A stretch of 64,000 nucleotides of DNA from a virus. Lineage: Duplodnaviria > Caudoviricetes. Of this stretch, positions 28,542-38,160 are shown piece after piece; the first letter of the stretch is position 1; each line of letters opens with the position of its first letter. The position numbers and the translations under genes are program-made. Under the pieces are notes generated by a model, which saw only the letters and a program-made list of their open reading frames with translations, searched no databases and was not told where the DNA came from. The stretch covers positions 1,843 through 65,842 of IMG/VR virus record IMGVR_UViG_3300017527_001322. One strand, written 5' to 3'.

Positions 28542-29003
28542 CTAGCTGATGGCTGTCTTGGTGACTGACTGCGTGCGGACAGTAAAACTGAACACAGTCG
28601 GGTCACCGGAGCCAGGGTCGGTCGAAGGCGGCAGGCAAGCCAACACCACACATACTCCCGTGGTGAACAGCCAGTCACCAGCCGTGCCCGTGTCAGGGGA
28701 GTACCGAACGTACAGGTCCCCTCCGCCAGCAGCCGTTTGCTGGGTCCAGATGGTGTCGAAGGGTGAGTTTGCATCCTCAGTGTAGAGGCCGACACATTCG
28801 AGCTCGTAGGGTTCCATCTTCCCTACGGTCGGAATGCCGGTTTCCCCGTCGTGAGTATACACCTCACCAGTCATGCGAGCACCACCGGATACATTTACCT
28901 GGAAGCCGTAACCAGAGATGTCGTCCCAATCGCTGTCGTTGGTCGAGATTTCGATTTTTCCAACAGCCATGGATACAGCTTCGGATGCGCTAACTTGCGC
29001 CAT
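28542..29003 (-). CDS. major tail tube protein
   Basis: position, size and acidic beta-rich composition; AGGAGG RBS. Confidence 0.8.
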   Translation of the reverse strand: MAQVSASEAVSMAVGKIEISTNDSDWDDISGYGFQVNVSGGARMTGEVYTHDGETGIPTVGKMEPYELECVGLYTEDANSPFDTIWTQQTAAGGGDLYVRYSPDTGTAGDWLFTTGVCVVLACLPPSTDPGSGDPTVFSFTVRTQSVTKTAIS

Positions 29004-29016
29004 GGTATCCTCCTAT

Positions 29017-29736
29017 TTATCGTACAGTAGGTGCTTTGTTTTTCCAGTCAGTTATCCTGTCCCATGCCAGAAAGTCCAATGCGCTGATGCCGAGCCTGCC
29101 GACCTGGTGGGCCGCCATCACAGAGAGGTCCACGTATGCCGGGAACCCCGCCTCGCCTAGCTTTCTGAAAAAGTACAGGTCCTCACCCCGGCCCCTACCC
29201 GCTTTCGGGTTGACTTTGAACCAGGGTGGCTCCATTGACTCTAGTACTACACGGTTGATTAGTAGGCAGTGACCACCGGTAGCTGCCACTGGGAACAGTG
29301 CGTCGTCTGGCCGACTCCGCAACACTGCAGCTCCGTTCGTGTGTAGCTCCTTGTGATTGATGACCCACTCCCGGGTCTCATCCAGGGCCATTACGGCTTC
29401 CTGGGTGTCTGCCCACCGGTTATATACAACCGGAGTCGTTGGCTTACTGGCCGTAAAACACAACGCTCCGACTACCGGCTCATCCCATTCCATCAAGCGC
29501 AGAAGAGTCTGCGGATGGAAAACTGCGTCCGAGTCCACGAAGAAGAGCCAATCGAAGCCCTCCTCCAGGAACTGATTGACCAGGTAATTCCTGGCCAAAT
29601 CGACGGCCAGGCCGTGTGCCCGTCGAACCCAGTACTTACTCTTGGGGGCGACAAGCCCCAACAGGCTATCAAGATAGCCCCATTCAGGCGGACCTGCCGC
29701 CGGCGTGGCGAGCATAACGCTCCCAGGTTCCATCAT
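29017..29736 (-). CDS. GT-A fold glycosyltransferase (family 2-like)
   Basis: ARN, FFVDSD (DxD), GGHCLLI, GEDLYF and terminal H motifs. Confidence 0.85.
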   Translation of the reverse strand: MMEPGSVMLATPAAGPPEWGYLDSLLGLVAPKSKYWVRRAHGLAVDLARNYLVNQFLEEGFDWLFFVDSDAVFHPQTLLRLMEWDEPVVGALCFTASKPTTPVVYNRWADTQEAVMALDETREWVINHKELHTNGAAVLRSRPDDALFPVAATGGHCLLINRVVLESMEPPWFKVNPKAGRGRGEDLYFFRKLGEAGFPAYVDLSVMAAHQVGRLGISALDFLAWDRITDWKNKAPTVR

Positions 29737-30170
29737 CCTAGCACCTCCACGACCAACGGTATCAACTCCCTGATGTATGGAACCCCGCCAATCTTGACGT
29801 CAAAGACGGTCGAGACATCCTGGTAGCGGAGGTTGCGCCAGTTGGCAGTGTTGGCGTTGGCCTCCACCACCCCGGCTACCTCGGCCTCAATGTCATCGAG
29901 CCGGTCTTCAGCATCCTCTTCAGTGTAGGCGCCGTCAGCCGTCAGCGAGACAAAGACATCCACCCAGATGTGCATTTCTGTGCCATGGCCAACCAGCGTG
30001 GCCTGCGGCCTGTTGGACCCACCGCTGTAAATCAGGACAACGGGGCTCTCACCCTCGAATTCCTGATTCTGGAAGTCGTAGATAGACTGCACCAGCCTTG
30101 GGTCGCCATCGACCAGCGCTGTGGTAAGGAGCGTCCTCAATTGGCCCCTCGTATCTTTCCTGCTTATCAT
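29733..30170 (-). CDS. tail terminator protein
   Basis: position and size in the neck cluster. Confidence 0.65.
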   Translation of the reverse strand: MISRKDTRGQLRTLLTTALVDGDPRLVQSIYDFQNQEFEGESPVVLIYSGGSNRPQATLVGHGTEMHIWVDVFVSLTADGAYTEEDAEDRLDDIEAEVAGVVEANANTANWRNLRYQDVSTVFDVKIGGVPYIRELIPLVVEVLG

Positions 30171-30583
30171 CCTCTAGGCAGGCTCCTGGCCAGGATGGTC
30201 CCGGCACGTTTGATTATCCGTGGACCAGCCTCATAGTACGTTCTCTCGTAGAATGCGTGGCTCCCACCCCTCTGGTGCTCTACCGGCCCATACTTTCGTG
30301 GCGGGATGCCATGCTTCGGATTCCTTGTGTATGGGTTGATGTCGACAATACCCCGAGCTTTGTTGTGCGATTCCCGATATGACATCTGGTGCGACCGGCG
30401 CAAAGCACTGGTGTCCACATGGGTGATTCTGACCACGTACCTGTGGACGGCAGTCGTGGCCCACCGCACAGCCCGGCCCAGAGCATTACTAGGCTTGAGA
30501 GCGTGAATCATCTTGACGTTGGCCGTCTGCAGGGCCTGAATCCCATGGATGTCGACGGCTATCTTCGGTCCAAAAAGTGGCAT
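30167..30583 (-). CDS. HK97 gp10-like neck protein
   Basis: 'THVDTSALRRS' and 'YGPVEH' motifs; basic. Confidence 0.75.
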   Translation of the reverse strand: MPLFGPKIAVDIHGIQALQTANVKMIHALKPSNALGRAVRWATTAVHRYVVRITHVDTSALRRSHQMSYRESHNKARGIVDINPYTRNPKHGIPPRKYGPVEHQRGGSHAFYERTYYEAGPRIIKRAGTILARSLPRG

Positions 30584-30924
30584 TACTTGTGTTCCTCCAG
30601 AACCAGCAGCATAGAGTCGGCAGCGTCCGCTCGCCAGTAGAGGTCCTCTACTGCCCGGATAGCGTACTCTGAGCTGCCCACTACCAGAATGTCACCCTCT
30701 TTGATGTCAAGACCGTTCCGCACCATACACTGCAACAGCTCGCTCGCTGCAGCAAGCCCCGGGATGGTCTCTCGTAGCTCTGCGTCCACCGGGTCAAGTG
30801 GCGTGCAGGTCAAACTAGACAGATTAGTTGTCGGACTGCCAACACGGCCACCGGAGGCAGCCGGCCTGCGCTTCGTACTGGCCGAGACAGAGGCCATTCT
30901 TTTGAAGCTAGCACTGGTGCCCAT
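30583..30924 (-). CDS. head closure protein
   Basis: 'DIKEGDIL...EYAIRAV' motif. Confidence 0.7.
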   Translation of the reverse strand: MGTSASFKRMASVSASTKRRPAASGGRVGSPTTNLSSLTCTPLDPVDAELRETIPGLAAASELLQCMVRNGLDIKEGDILVVGSSEYAIRAVEDLYWRADAADSMLLVLEEHK

Positions 30925-31313
30925 TATTCGTCCGTCCTGATGTCATCGCTGTAGCCGTCAACCGGTGTCGGAAAGACGGTTCCGGCGCCACCCGTAATGC
31001 CAGTCGCGCCAACCTTCCTCCGCCAGTCCCTGCCTAGGTACTGATATCTCTCAGCCGCCTGACTGTACATTTCCCGACGTGGCCCCACCTGTGTGTCGAC
31101 GTACTGGGCCCACTCTCCGGCCAGGGCCTCGTAGCAAGCGGCCACTGCCGATTGCCAGGACCCCTCGGTGGTGACAAGGCCCAGGAGCTCCTCGTCAGAG
31201 AAGTTGCTGTGGTCATCGTCCGGGCGAGGACCACTTCCGCTGACAACGTCACGAACGTAAAACCTGACCCTTTCCAGGTCGGTGTCCAGCTCTTCTTGAT
31301 ATGTGAATGTCAT
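30924..31313 (-). CDS. head-tail adaptor
   Basis: 'VRFYVRD...FSDEEL' motif. Confidence 0.75.
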   Translation of the reverse strand: MTFTYQEELDTDLERVRFYVRDVVSGSGPRPDDDHSNFSDEELLGLVTTEGSWQSAVAACYEALAGEWAQYVDTQVGPRREMYSQAAERYQYLGRDWRRKVGATGITGGAGTVFPTPVDGYSDDIRTDE

Positions 31314-31320
31314 GGCCCTC

Positions 31321-31656
31321 CTATGTCACAGCCGGCAGGTTGTGAATGAAGAACTGAACCTGGTCCTTCAGCTTCAGCCCAGAACCGGCGTCTGAGTTGT
31401 AGTCAGCTTCGAGAGTCAGGATTCTGACTGAAGAGCCAGCCACAACCAGGTCGTCGCCCGTCAGAACAAAGTCCTCAGACGTGGAGGGAGAAGACACCAC
31501 CACGTCCTCACGGCTGTTCACAATGTTCCCGTCACCGTCAGTTAGTGTCCAGGTCAAGCTGTTTGGCGACACATAGTCATCGTCTTCATCGGTGAATGTA
31601 GCAGTAACGATGAAGGTCGACTCCTCGACTGCCCGGGTTGTCAGGTCTGTCGGCAT
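31321..31656 (-). CDS. small Ig-like virion protein
   Basis: beta-rich and acidic; within the structural operon. Confidence 0.55.
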   Translation of the reverse strand: MPTDLTTRAVEESTFIVTATFTDEDDDYVSPNSLTWTLTDGDGNIVNSREDVVVSSPSTSEDFVLTGDDLVVAGSSVRILTLEADYNSDAGSGLKLKDQVQFFIHNLPAVT

Positions 31657-31679
31657 AACTCCCCCTAGTTATTGTCAAC

Positions 31680-32495
31680 TCAGTCCAGAGTGCAATCGAG
31701 GTCGCCAATTGGAAAACTGACGGTATCTCCGTTACCAACGGCCTGGTCCGCCATCGTGTTGTCGTAGAGTAGTAAGTTGCCGGCGCTGGCAGCATCACAG
31801 ATGACTACACCGACCACTGTGCCCCACGAGGCCGTAGCAGTCGTAAAGCTAATGGCATGAGTGTTGTCCACCAGACCGGAAGCGGCCAGGTCCCAGGTGG
31901 GGCTGGCTCCGCCGTTGACGTTGACCTGTACCCGGGCGTAGGACCCGCCAGACACCTCGGTAATGGTACTGCCCGTGTCATCATCGGCGCTCACTGCCGT
32001 GACCAGGCCAACGTAGGTATCCGGCGCCGTGTAGGCGGCATTGCGGAATGCGTGGTCCAGCAACTCGTCGGCCAGGTGGTCAGAAATCTCCCCGGCGCTG
32101 AACGTCACGTCAATCTCCGAAGAGGCCACAGACGGGGTGTTGCCATTGACGATGGCCTTGGACTCAGAGAACTCACCATGAGCCAGCATGTTGCCTGCCC
32201 CATGGGTACCCGAGTCCAGAATGGCCCAGTGGGTGACCGTGCCCCAGGACCCGCTGGCCTGGTCGAACGTCACCACGCCATCCTGGTCTACAACCCGGCT
32301 TGATGCCGCTGCAAAGGCGATGGCCTTGCGAGCATAGGCGTTGGCGTCGGCGCACTCATTCATGCTCGCACCAGTCCCGGCGTCGGTGGGGTCTGCCGTC
32401 GCGAGCGCCAGGTAGATGGTCGCAGCCGGCGTGTAGGTTGCGTTGCATATATGGTCTAGCAACTCTAGCTCAAGGAAATCTGATAGAGAACCCAT
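31680..32495 (-). CDS. virion protein with a tandem-duplicated gp80-like domain
   Basis: two copies of 'SDxLxxELLDH...Y.AL.TA...YAR...F..A..SWGTV...DxxxxGN.L'. Confidence 0.75.
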   Translation of the reverse strand: MGSLSDFLELELLDHICNATYTPAATIYLALATADPTDAGTGASMNECADANAYARKAIAFAAASSRVVDQDGVVTFDQASGSWGTVTHWAILDSGTHGAGNMLAHGEFSESKAIVNGNTPSVASSEIDVTFSAGEISDHLADELLDHAFRNAAYTAPDTYVGLVTAVSADDDTGSTITEVSGGSYARVQVNVNGGASPTWDLAASGLVDNTHAISFTTATASWGTVVGVVICDAASAGNLLLYDNTMADQAVGNGDTVSFPIGDLDCTLD

Positions 32496-32498
32496 TTC

Positions 32499-35294
32499 TT
32501 ATCCTCCAATCGTGAAGGCCACACTAGGGGCCTTGCTGGTGAACGTTGTGGCTGGGGCCTTGGATGACCAGGCCACGTCTATCAGCCCTGCAATGAGGGC
32601 CGTAACAAGCTCCGCATTGGTCGGAGTTGTGCTCTGTGCGGCCAAAATCGCTGCCAACTCCCTACTCACTGCCAGAGTTGCTGCCGGGGTAGCCGCTTCC
32701 CCTGCCAGAATGGCTGACAGCTGCCGCGCCACAGCCATGTCAATGCTGGGCGTGGTCGTGGTCCCAGCCACAATGGCACTGAGTGCTATAATGAGGTCAA
32801 GGACTGCTGATGGCGTGACCGTGGTCCCTGCTAGGACTGCGGCCATTTCTCGTGCTACCGCCATGCTGGCACTGGGCGTCACCGTCTGGCCCAGAATGGT
32901 GGCCAGAAGCTCAATCTGCCCGGCGATACTGAGCGTGACGCTTGGGGTCGCTGTCACCCCTGCTAAAACTGCTGTAAGCTCTCTAAGTACCGCAAGAGCA
33001 GTGCTAGGCGTGGTCGTGGTCCCCGCGCACTCAGCCGCGATGGTCCTTGCTGCTACCAGGGCCGCTGAGGGAGTTGTCACCGTCCCTGCCAGCACCGCGC
33101 TCACTTCTCGGGCTATTGCCGCCGACACGGAAGGTGTGACTGTCACACCCGCGCACACCGCTGCGAACTCGACAATGCCGGTAATACTGAGTACCACATC
33201 GTCTGGGGTCAGTGCCTCCCCCGCCATGACAGCGGCCATGGTCCGGGCAACGGCTATGGCTGCACTTGGCGTGACTGTGGTCCCTGCCAGAATAGCAGCC
33301 ATGCCCCTGGCAACAGCCAGAGCTGCGCTTGGCGTTGTTGTCACACCACCCAAAGCAGCCACCATCTCCACAGCCATGACCAACTCGGCGCTAGGCGTAG
33401 TGGTGGCACCGGCTAGTACTGCGTCCATCTCCCGGTCTACTGCCACGCTGGCACTGGGGGTAGCTGCCACACCACCAAGTGAGGCATCCATCTCCCTCGC
33501 CACATTTACGGCTGCACTGGGCGTTGTGGCCTGTCCAGCAAGAGCGGCCAACATCTCAATTGCGGTGGCCAAGCTGACGCTGGGTGTGCTAGTTGCACCC
33601 GCTAGAATCGCCTGCAACTCACGACTTACAGAAAGAGTAGAAGAGGGGGTGAGTGTTGTCCCTGCGACAATGGCGTCAATCTCACGACCTACAGCCACCG
33701 CTGCGCTAGGGGTTGTCGCAACCCCAGCCAGAATCGCGGCCAACTCGTAGGCAGCGCCACCCGCCGCTGCCAAGCCAGCCCAATGTGGTATTGCCCTTGG
33801 CTTAATCTTCTGCGGCCCCAGTCCCCAGCTTGGCGTATTGTAGGCGGTCATGTCGTACTGGCCTACGATGTCCCGGTCGCCGTATTCCTTTGTCAAAGGC
33901 CAGTAGGCGACAAGGTTCTGCCTACGAATGTCTAGTGGGATTGCGCCGTGAGCGAGTGCCCATACTTCGGCGTCAGATAGGGCAGAATTGTAAATAGCGG
34001 CGTGGGCGATACGACCGGACGTGTACGTCACTGGTTTAGACGAACCAGTGCGACCAATAGCCGTTGCATCAATGCCAGCGGGTACTTGGCTCGTGGTGTT
34101 GGTTCCCTTTCCTCCGCCATCAATGAAAGCAGCGCGGCTGGTTGCATTGGTGTAGACTGCGCAGGCATGGTGCCAGGTGCTGACTGAATAGCCAGTGGCA
34201 GAAAAGGCATAAACACCAGGACCAGCGTGACGTGCCGCTGCAAAAACTTTGTCTAGTGCGGCTCCAATCCAAAGAGTAAACTCGTCCTGGAAACCAGCCG
34301 TATCCCCAAGCCATAGCAGGGTCTGATTCACTGCTGCTGAGTCGCTATTGAACCAACAGGCCATAGTCAGCGGCGTAGTCGTCGCCACAGCGGACGCATT
34401 TTGCAGATATTCACTCGACCCGTCATCAAACTCACGGACGAGTTTATTCTGCAACGAATCAGTATGGCTTATGACGTTTAGGCCCAAGCTGTCTTTGTAG
34501 CGGCGAACCCTAAACGCCTTGGCTTCTTCTTCTGCCTCGGCCCAACCAGCCCAGGTGCGCTGTACTGGCTTGTATAGGTCCCACGGCTTGCTATAGAGAT
34601 TGTAGACCTCGGCGTCGCTCAGGGCACGGTTGTAGATGCGGGCGTCGGAAATGCGGCCTGACATATAATCGGTGAGTAGGGCAGGGTGCGTACCTATGCG
34701 AGTAGTATCCAACCCGGCAGGCGCACGTGCTACTGCTGATGTTCCTTTCGATCCTCCGTCAATGAATACAGCACGATCATCGGCTGCGGCAGCCACGGCT
34801 GCTATATGGTGCCATGTATTTGCGCTATAGCCCGTCGTAGTGCTAGTGATCGTTCCACCACCACCATCCGTCACCTGAAAACGAACAGGATCGCCAGGTG
34901 CAGTGCCATGCAGATATAAACGACTATACTGAAAGCCACCCCCGATCCCCACACCCAATACAGTCTGATTTACTCCAGCATTATCACTGTTGACCAAAGC
35001 CGCATACGTGTACGGCGCTGCTGATACAACAGCGTTACCGTTTTCTAGGTATTCGCTTGACCCGTCATCAAACTCAAGCGAGAAGCCCCGCTCACCATCG
35101 GTCACCCACTCGGGCGTCCCGCTTTCGGTGAATCGCATCCCCCGTACCCGGTCGATGTGGCTCTGCCCCGTTTGGCGATTGACGCCCATAGGCAACCACA
35201 TCACAAGCCCCTTCGCTTGTGGGCTGTCCTGATTCAGTTCAAAGTCCTGGTTGGGAGGGTAGCTATGCGGCCACCCTCCCCGGTAGATTGGCAT
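32499..35294 (-). CDS. virion fibre with two LamG/ConA-like domains and an Ala/Thr-rich repeat stalk
   Basis: two 'WHH...FIDG...GRI...IYNxALSDAEV' domains; about 18 repeats of 'AxLAGxTxTPSAxLxV'. Confidence 0.85.
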   Translation of the reverse strand: MPIYRGGWPHSYPPNQDFELNQDSPQAKGLVMWLPMGVNRQTGQSHIDRVRGMRFTESGTPEWVTDGERGFSLEFDDGSSEYLENGNAVVSAAPYTYAALVNSDNAGVNQTVLGVGIGGGFQYSRLYLHGTAPGDPVRFQVTDGGGGTITSTTTGYSANTWHHIAAVAAAADDRAVFIDGGSKGTSAVARAPAGLDTTRIGTHPALLTDYMSGRISDARIYNRALSDAEVYNLYSKPWDLYKPVQRTWAGWAEAEEEAKAFRVRRYKDSLGLNVISHTDSLQNKLVREFDDGSSEYLQNASAVATTTPLTMACWFNSDSAAVNQTLLWLGDTAGFQDEFTLWIGAALDKVFAAARHAGPGVYAFSATGYSVSTWHHACAVYTNATSRAAFIDGGGKGTNTTSQVPAGIDATAIGRTGSSKPVTYTSGRIAHAAIYNSALSDAEVWALAHGAIPLDIRRQNLVAYWPLTKEYGDRDIVGQYDMTAYNTPSWGLGPQKIKPRAIPHWAGLAAAGGAAYELAAILAGVATTPSAAVAVGREIDAIVAGTTLTPSSTLSVSRELQAILAGATSTPSVSLATAIEMLAALAGQATTPSAAVNVAREMDASLGGVAATPSASVAVDREMDAVLAGATTTPSAELVMAVEMVAALGGVTTTPSAALAVARGMAAILAGTTVTPSAAIAVARTMAAVMAGEALTPDDVVLSITGIVEFAAVCAGVTVTPSVSAAIAREVSAVLAGTVTTPSAALVAARTIAAECAGTTTTPSTALAVLRELTAVLAGVTATPSVTLSIAGQIELLATILGQTVTPSASMAVAREMAAVLAGTTVTPSAVLDLIIALSAIVAGTTTTPSIDMAVARQLSAILAGEAATPAATLAVSRELAAILAAQSTTPTNAELVTALIAGLIDVAWSSKAPATTFTSKAPSVAFTIGG

Positions 35295-35306
35295 GGTCTA
35301 CCCCTG

Positions 35307-35822
35307 TTACTGTACCTCGTCCGGCACTGGCGACAGCATGAACCCGTTCTCGTCCACGTCGTTGGTCAGGGCGTCTGCGGTTGAATTCCACATCACAACA
35401 TTGAACGCCCTGGCGGTGATGTACACCGTGCCGCTGGCCACCATTTCAACGTCTGCAACGGCTTCGTCCACGACGATGCTACCCAGGTAGTGCAGGTTTT
35501 TGAGTTTGTCCTCTGCGGATACCGCTGCCGATGTCGTGCCATCGTCGTTGTCGGGATGAGCTGTGGCAGAGTCCGAACTGCCAGCAGTTTTGAGGTAGAA
35601 ATCTACCGTCTCGCCCAACACTGGCGTAGTCGCAAACTGGACAAAGGCACGCCATTCGTAGATTTGCGAGACCGCACCCTCCCCAAGGTCACATTGCGCT
35701 GATTGTCGCCCCGCGCCTGACGCGATGTTGTGCATCTCGAAGGCGTAGTCCTCTGCCTGTGCTGCCGCAGCAGGCACGAACCACAGAGTTGTTTCCCGAT
35801 TGCGATATATCAAATTAGCCAT
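35307..35822 (-). CDS. putative virion protein
   Basis: structural operon context. Confidence 0.65.
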   Translation of the reverse strand: MANLIYRNRETTLWFVPAAAAQAEDYAFEMHNIASGAGRQSAQCDLGEGAVSQIYEWRAFVQFATTPVLGETVDFYLKTAGSSDSATAHPDNDDGTTSAAVSAEDKLKNLHYLGSIVVDEAVADVEMVASGTVYITARAFNVVMWNSTADALTNDVDENGFMLSPVPDEVQ

Positions 35823-35832
35823 CGACTACCCC

Positions 35833-36318
35833 CTAGAGGTTGGCTGCGTGCGCCACCTCGCTGATACTTACTACCTTACCCTCACCCCACAGCACTTCGG
35901 CCCGACTTCCCTGACGCTGTAGCGTGCTCTGGATGTTGGCCCGAGACGTGCCGCGAAAGCCAGGACGTGCACCCTCAGTGGGAAACACATCCAACAGACC
36001 AGCGAATACCTCGGGGTCGTTAGCGTCCACGATATTATCTCGAAGTAACATCGACAGCCACCAACGTTCTGTGTCGCTGAACACACCGTCTGGAGGCGTG
36101 TCGCCCGAAGTCTGAACACATTCAGATGTCTCAATGCCATAGATGATTTCGTTGCGTGCAATCAGCTTCCGGGTGATGACCTCACCGCCTGCTGGGTCAT
36201 TGATCAGCCCCACGATTACCGCATCCTCTTTCCACTCCCCGCCGACTTCCTTGTACCCCAGGTCTTCCGGGTCTGCCTCAATCTCGTCGTGCAATGCCTG
36301 CAAACTGAACTCTGCCAT
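35833..36318 (-). CDS. putative virion-associated protein
   Basis: 'EIEADP..LGY' and 'SRAEVLWG' motifs typical of proteins upstream of LamG fibres. Confidence 0.65.
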   Translation of the reverse strand: MAEFSLQALHDEIEADPEDLGYKEVGGEWKEDAVIVGLINDPAGGEVITRKLIARNEIIYGIETSECVQTSGDTPPDGVFSDTERWWLSMLLRDNIVDANDPEVFAGLLDVFPTEGARPGFRGTSRANIQSTLQRQGSRAEVLWGEGKVVSISEVAHAANL

Positions 36319-36328
36319 CTTGCCTCCT

Positions 36329-36700
36329 CTACTGTCTAATCCACACAGTCACATCGCAGTAATCTGCGTCGTTGGCCTGGGCGATAGTTGCCTCAAGCCG
36401 GCCATGAACTACAAACGGGACGAAGGCATCAGTGCCGTCAGTGCCATCATTGGCCTCGGCAAGATGCCGGGGGTAAAGTTTGATATCCGTCGCCGCATCC
36501 ACCAAGCTGACAATAAGGTCAGATGCCGGGTCTGACTCATCGGACAGGGTAAAGTCGGTCGTGCCTGCCGGCGGAGAGCCAAGATAGGCGACATGGACTG
36601 CCAAAACCTCACCCCTGACGACTCCGCTGTATCCAGTTGCGGTGGCCACTCCAGCACCGCCAGCGGCAGCCCCCGTTGTGATTTCTACTCTATTTATCAT
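36329..36700 (-). CDS. small jelly-roll-like virion protein
   Basis: structural operon context; GGAGG RBS. Confidence 0.65.
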   Translation of the reverse strand: MINRVEITTGAAAGGAGVATATGYSGVVRGEVLAVHVAYLGSPPAGTTDFTLSDESDPASDLIVSLVDAATDIKLYPRHLAEANDGTDGTDAFVPFVVHGRLEATIAQANDADYCDVTVWIRQ

Positions 36701-36809
36701 TGCCCCTCCACAAAACTAGAGCAGGGGTCGCAGAAGCGCGAAGCGTCTCTACACCCCTGCCCCACCATTGCCTGCAACCAAGGGTGGAGCTAACCCCACC
36801 CTTGGTATA

Positions 36810-37046
36810 TTACTCCTCCGTGATTTGGAGGGTTGGCAAGGCTGCGCTTTTCGCAGCCTTGATGGCTGCCTGCAAGGCAGCGATAGAAGCAAGGCCAACA
36901 TCTGTGTCAGAGCGAGCCAGCTCCTGAAACCGCTCACCGGCAATTTCAAGCATAGCCTGGTATTGCCAGGCATCCTTCAATTGCTGCTTGGTCGGGATGT
37001 CCAGCTCTGCCACGTAGCCAGAAGCAACGGCCTTGATGCTAGCCAT
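36810..37046 (-). CDS. small helical protein
   Basis: TAATG coupling with the upstream gene. Confidence 0.6.
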   Translation of the reverse strand: MASIKAVASGYVAELDIPTKQQLKDAWQYQAMLEIAGERFQELARSDTDVGLASIAALQAAIKAAKSAALPTLQITEE

Positions 37047-38008
37047 TAGGCTGCCGTGCTAGCCTGGTACAGGCCGGCGTATCCACCGGCAGTGGCCGTG
37101 CCACCGCTAACGAACAACACCCCCCGGTCATCCGGGTCCCAGTCAGTAAAGCCGTAACCCCAGCAGTCCTTTAGGAAGATGGGGCCACGGGGCGGACTCA
37201 TCCCAGCAGGAATGACGAAGGCGGCGTCCATGGCGGTCGCGCTTGGATTGATGAACTGGCAGTTGTCAAAGATGGTGTAGCGGTCGATGCCAGTTGCGTC
37301 TACAACCTCGACAAACATGGCGCCGGAATTGCCGGCGTACATCGTGAAGTTGCAACCCTTGAAGATGTTGCGCTTGGCCTCGGTGTCTAGCAACAGACCG
37401 GCCATCCCAGTCGCCGCAGCGACAGTGTCAACACCTACGGTGCAGTTGACGAACGTGTTCTCCTCAGCGCCAGCCAAGGAAAGGGACGCCCCACCATTGA
37501 CAGCCTGGGTGGCGTGCCCACCACCAGCGAAGTGGATGTTCTCGAAGTAGTTGCGGCCACCGGTGACCTGCCAGTTGATGAGGCTGGTCGCATCGTCGAC
37601 ACCCTGGAAGGTGTAGATGTTCTTGAAGATGCAACCAGACGCCGTGACGTTAATCAACGGCGAAGCGCCGGTCAGGGTTGAGAGCTGGAACAGCCTCGCC
37701 CTCTGAGCGACCATCGTTGGTGCGGCAATGCCGATGAGGTGGGTATAGCCCTTGTCCCACGTCAGGGCTGCCGTCATGTTGATGCCAGACGAGCCGGCCA
37801 TGTAGAACACAGTGTCGTGCTGGTTAGCCACGCACTTGTCCTCGGCAGCGATGACGGTGGCGAGGGCATGGTCTGGAGTGAGTCCGGTATTGCCGTCGGA
37901 ACCGTTCGCCGAGTCGACGAAGTAGTACTTCGCGCTCGCGCTGAATGGAACACCAGCCATGACCGGAAGGCCGCCAAGGTGATAGAGCATGTCAGAAACA
38001 GTAGTCAT
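37046..38008 (-). CDS. right-handed beta-helix (pectin-lyase-like) head appendage
   Basis: 'YFVDSANGSDGNTG...ALAT' followed by repeated FxNC beta-helix motifs. Confidence 0.75.
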   Translation of the reverse strand: MTTVSDMLYHLGGLPVMAGVPFSASAKYYFVDSANGSDGNTGLTPDHALATVIAAEDKCVANQHDTVFYMAGSSGINMTAALTWDKGYTHLIGIAAPTMVAQRARLFQLSTLTGASPLINVTASGCIFKNIYTFQGVDDATSLINWQVTGGRNYFENIHFAGGGHATQAVNGGASLSLAGAEENTFVNCTVGVDTVAAATGMAGLLLDTEAKRNIFKGCNFTMYAGNSGAMFVEVVDATGIDRYTIFDNCQFINPSATAMDAAFVIPAGMSPPRGPIFLKDCWGYGFTDWDPDDRGVLFVSGGTATAGGYAGLYQASTAA

Positions 38009-38069
38009 TTCACTCTCCTAAATCCTTGCTAGGCGAGGCCGGGAACGAAGCCCGGCCCCACCTTTTGGC

Positions 38070-38137
38070 GGAGCCCCCGCCATGATTGGACCTAAGCAGT
38101 ATTCACATTGTTTAGGTGCAATCATGGCGGGGGCTCC
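38070..38137. repeat. long inverted repeat after the capsid gene
   Basis: 19-bp perfect arms GGAGCCCCCGCCATGATTG plus an inner ACCTAA/TTAGGT stem. Confidence 0.9.
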
Positions 38138-38160
38138 TTTCAGCCAAATTGCAAAGGTAT

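Noticed and set aside
32443-33750. Long plus-strand ORFs (also 22666-23598 and 25155-26204)
   Set aside because: They are antisense shadows of repetitive structural genes
32550-33750. CRISPR-like array or DGR template/variable repeat pair
   Set aside because: The repeats are degenerate coding repeats; I saw no identical repeats with spacers and no reverse transcriptase or cas genes
33750-35294. Duplicated EFDDGSSEYL segments as a recombination cassette
   Set aside because: They are explained by the tandem LamG domain duplication
36721-36805. Two hairpins as a separate ncRNA
   Set aside because: No promoter is evident; they are more simply intercistronic stability or attenuation hairpins
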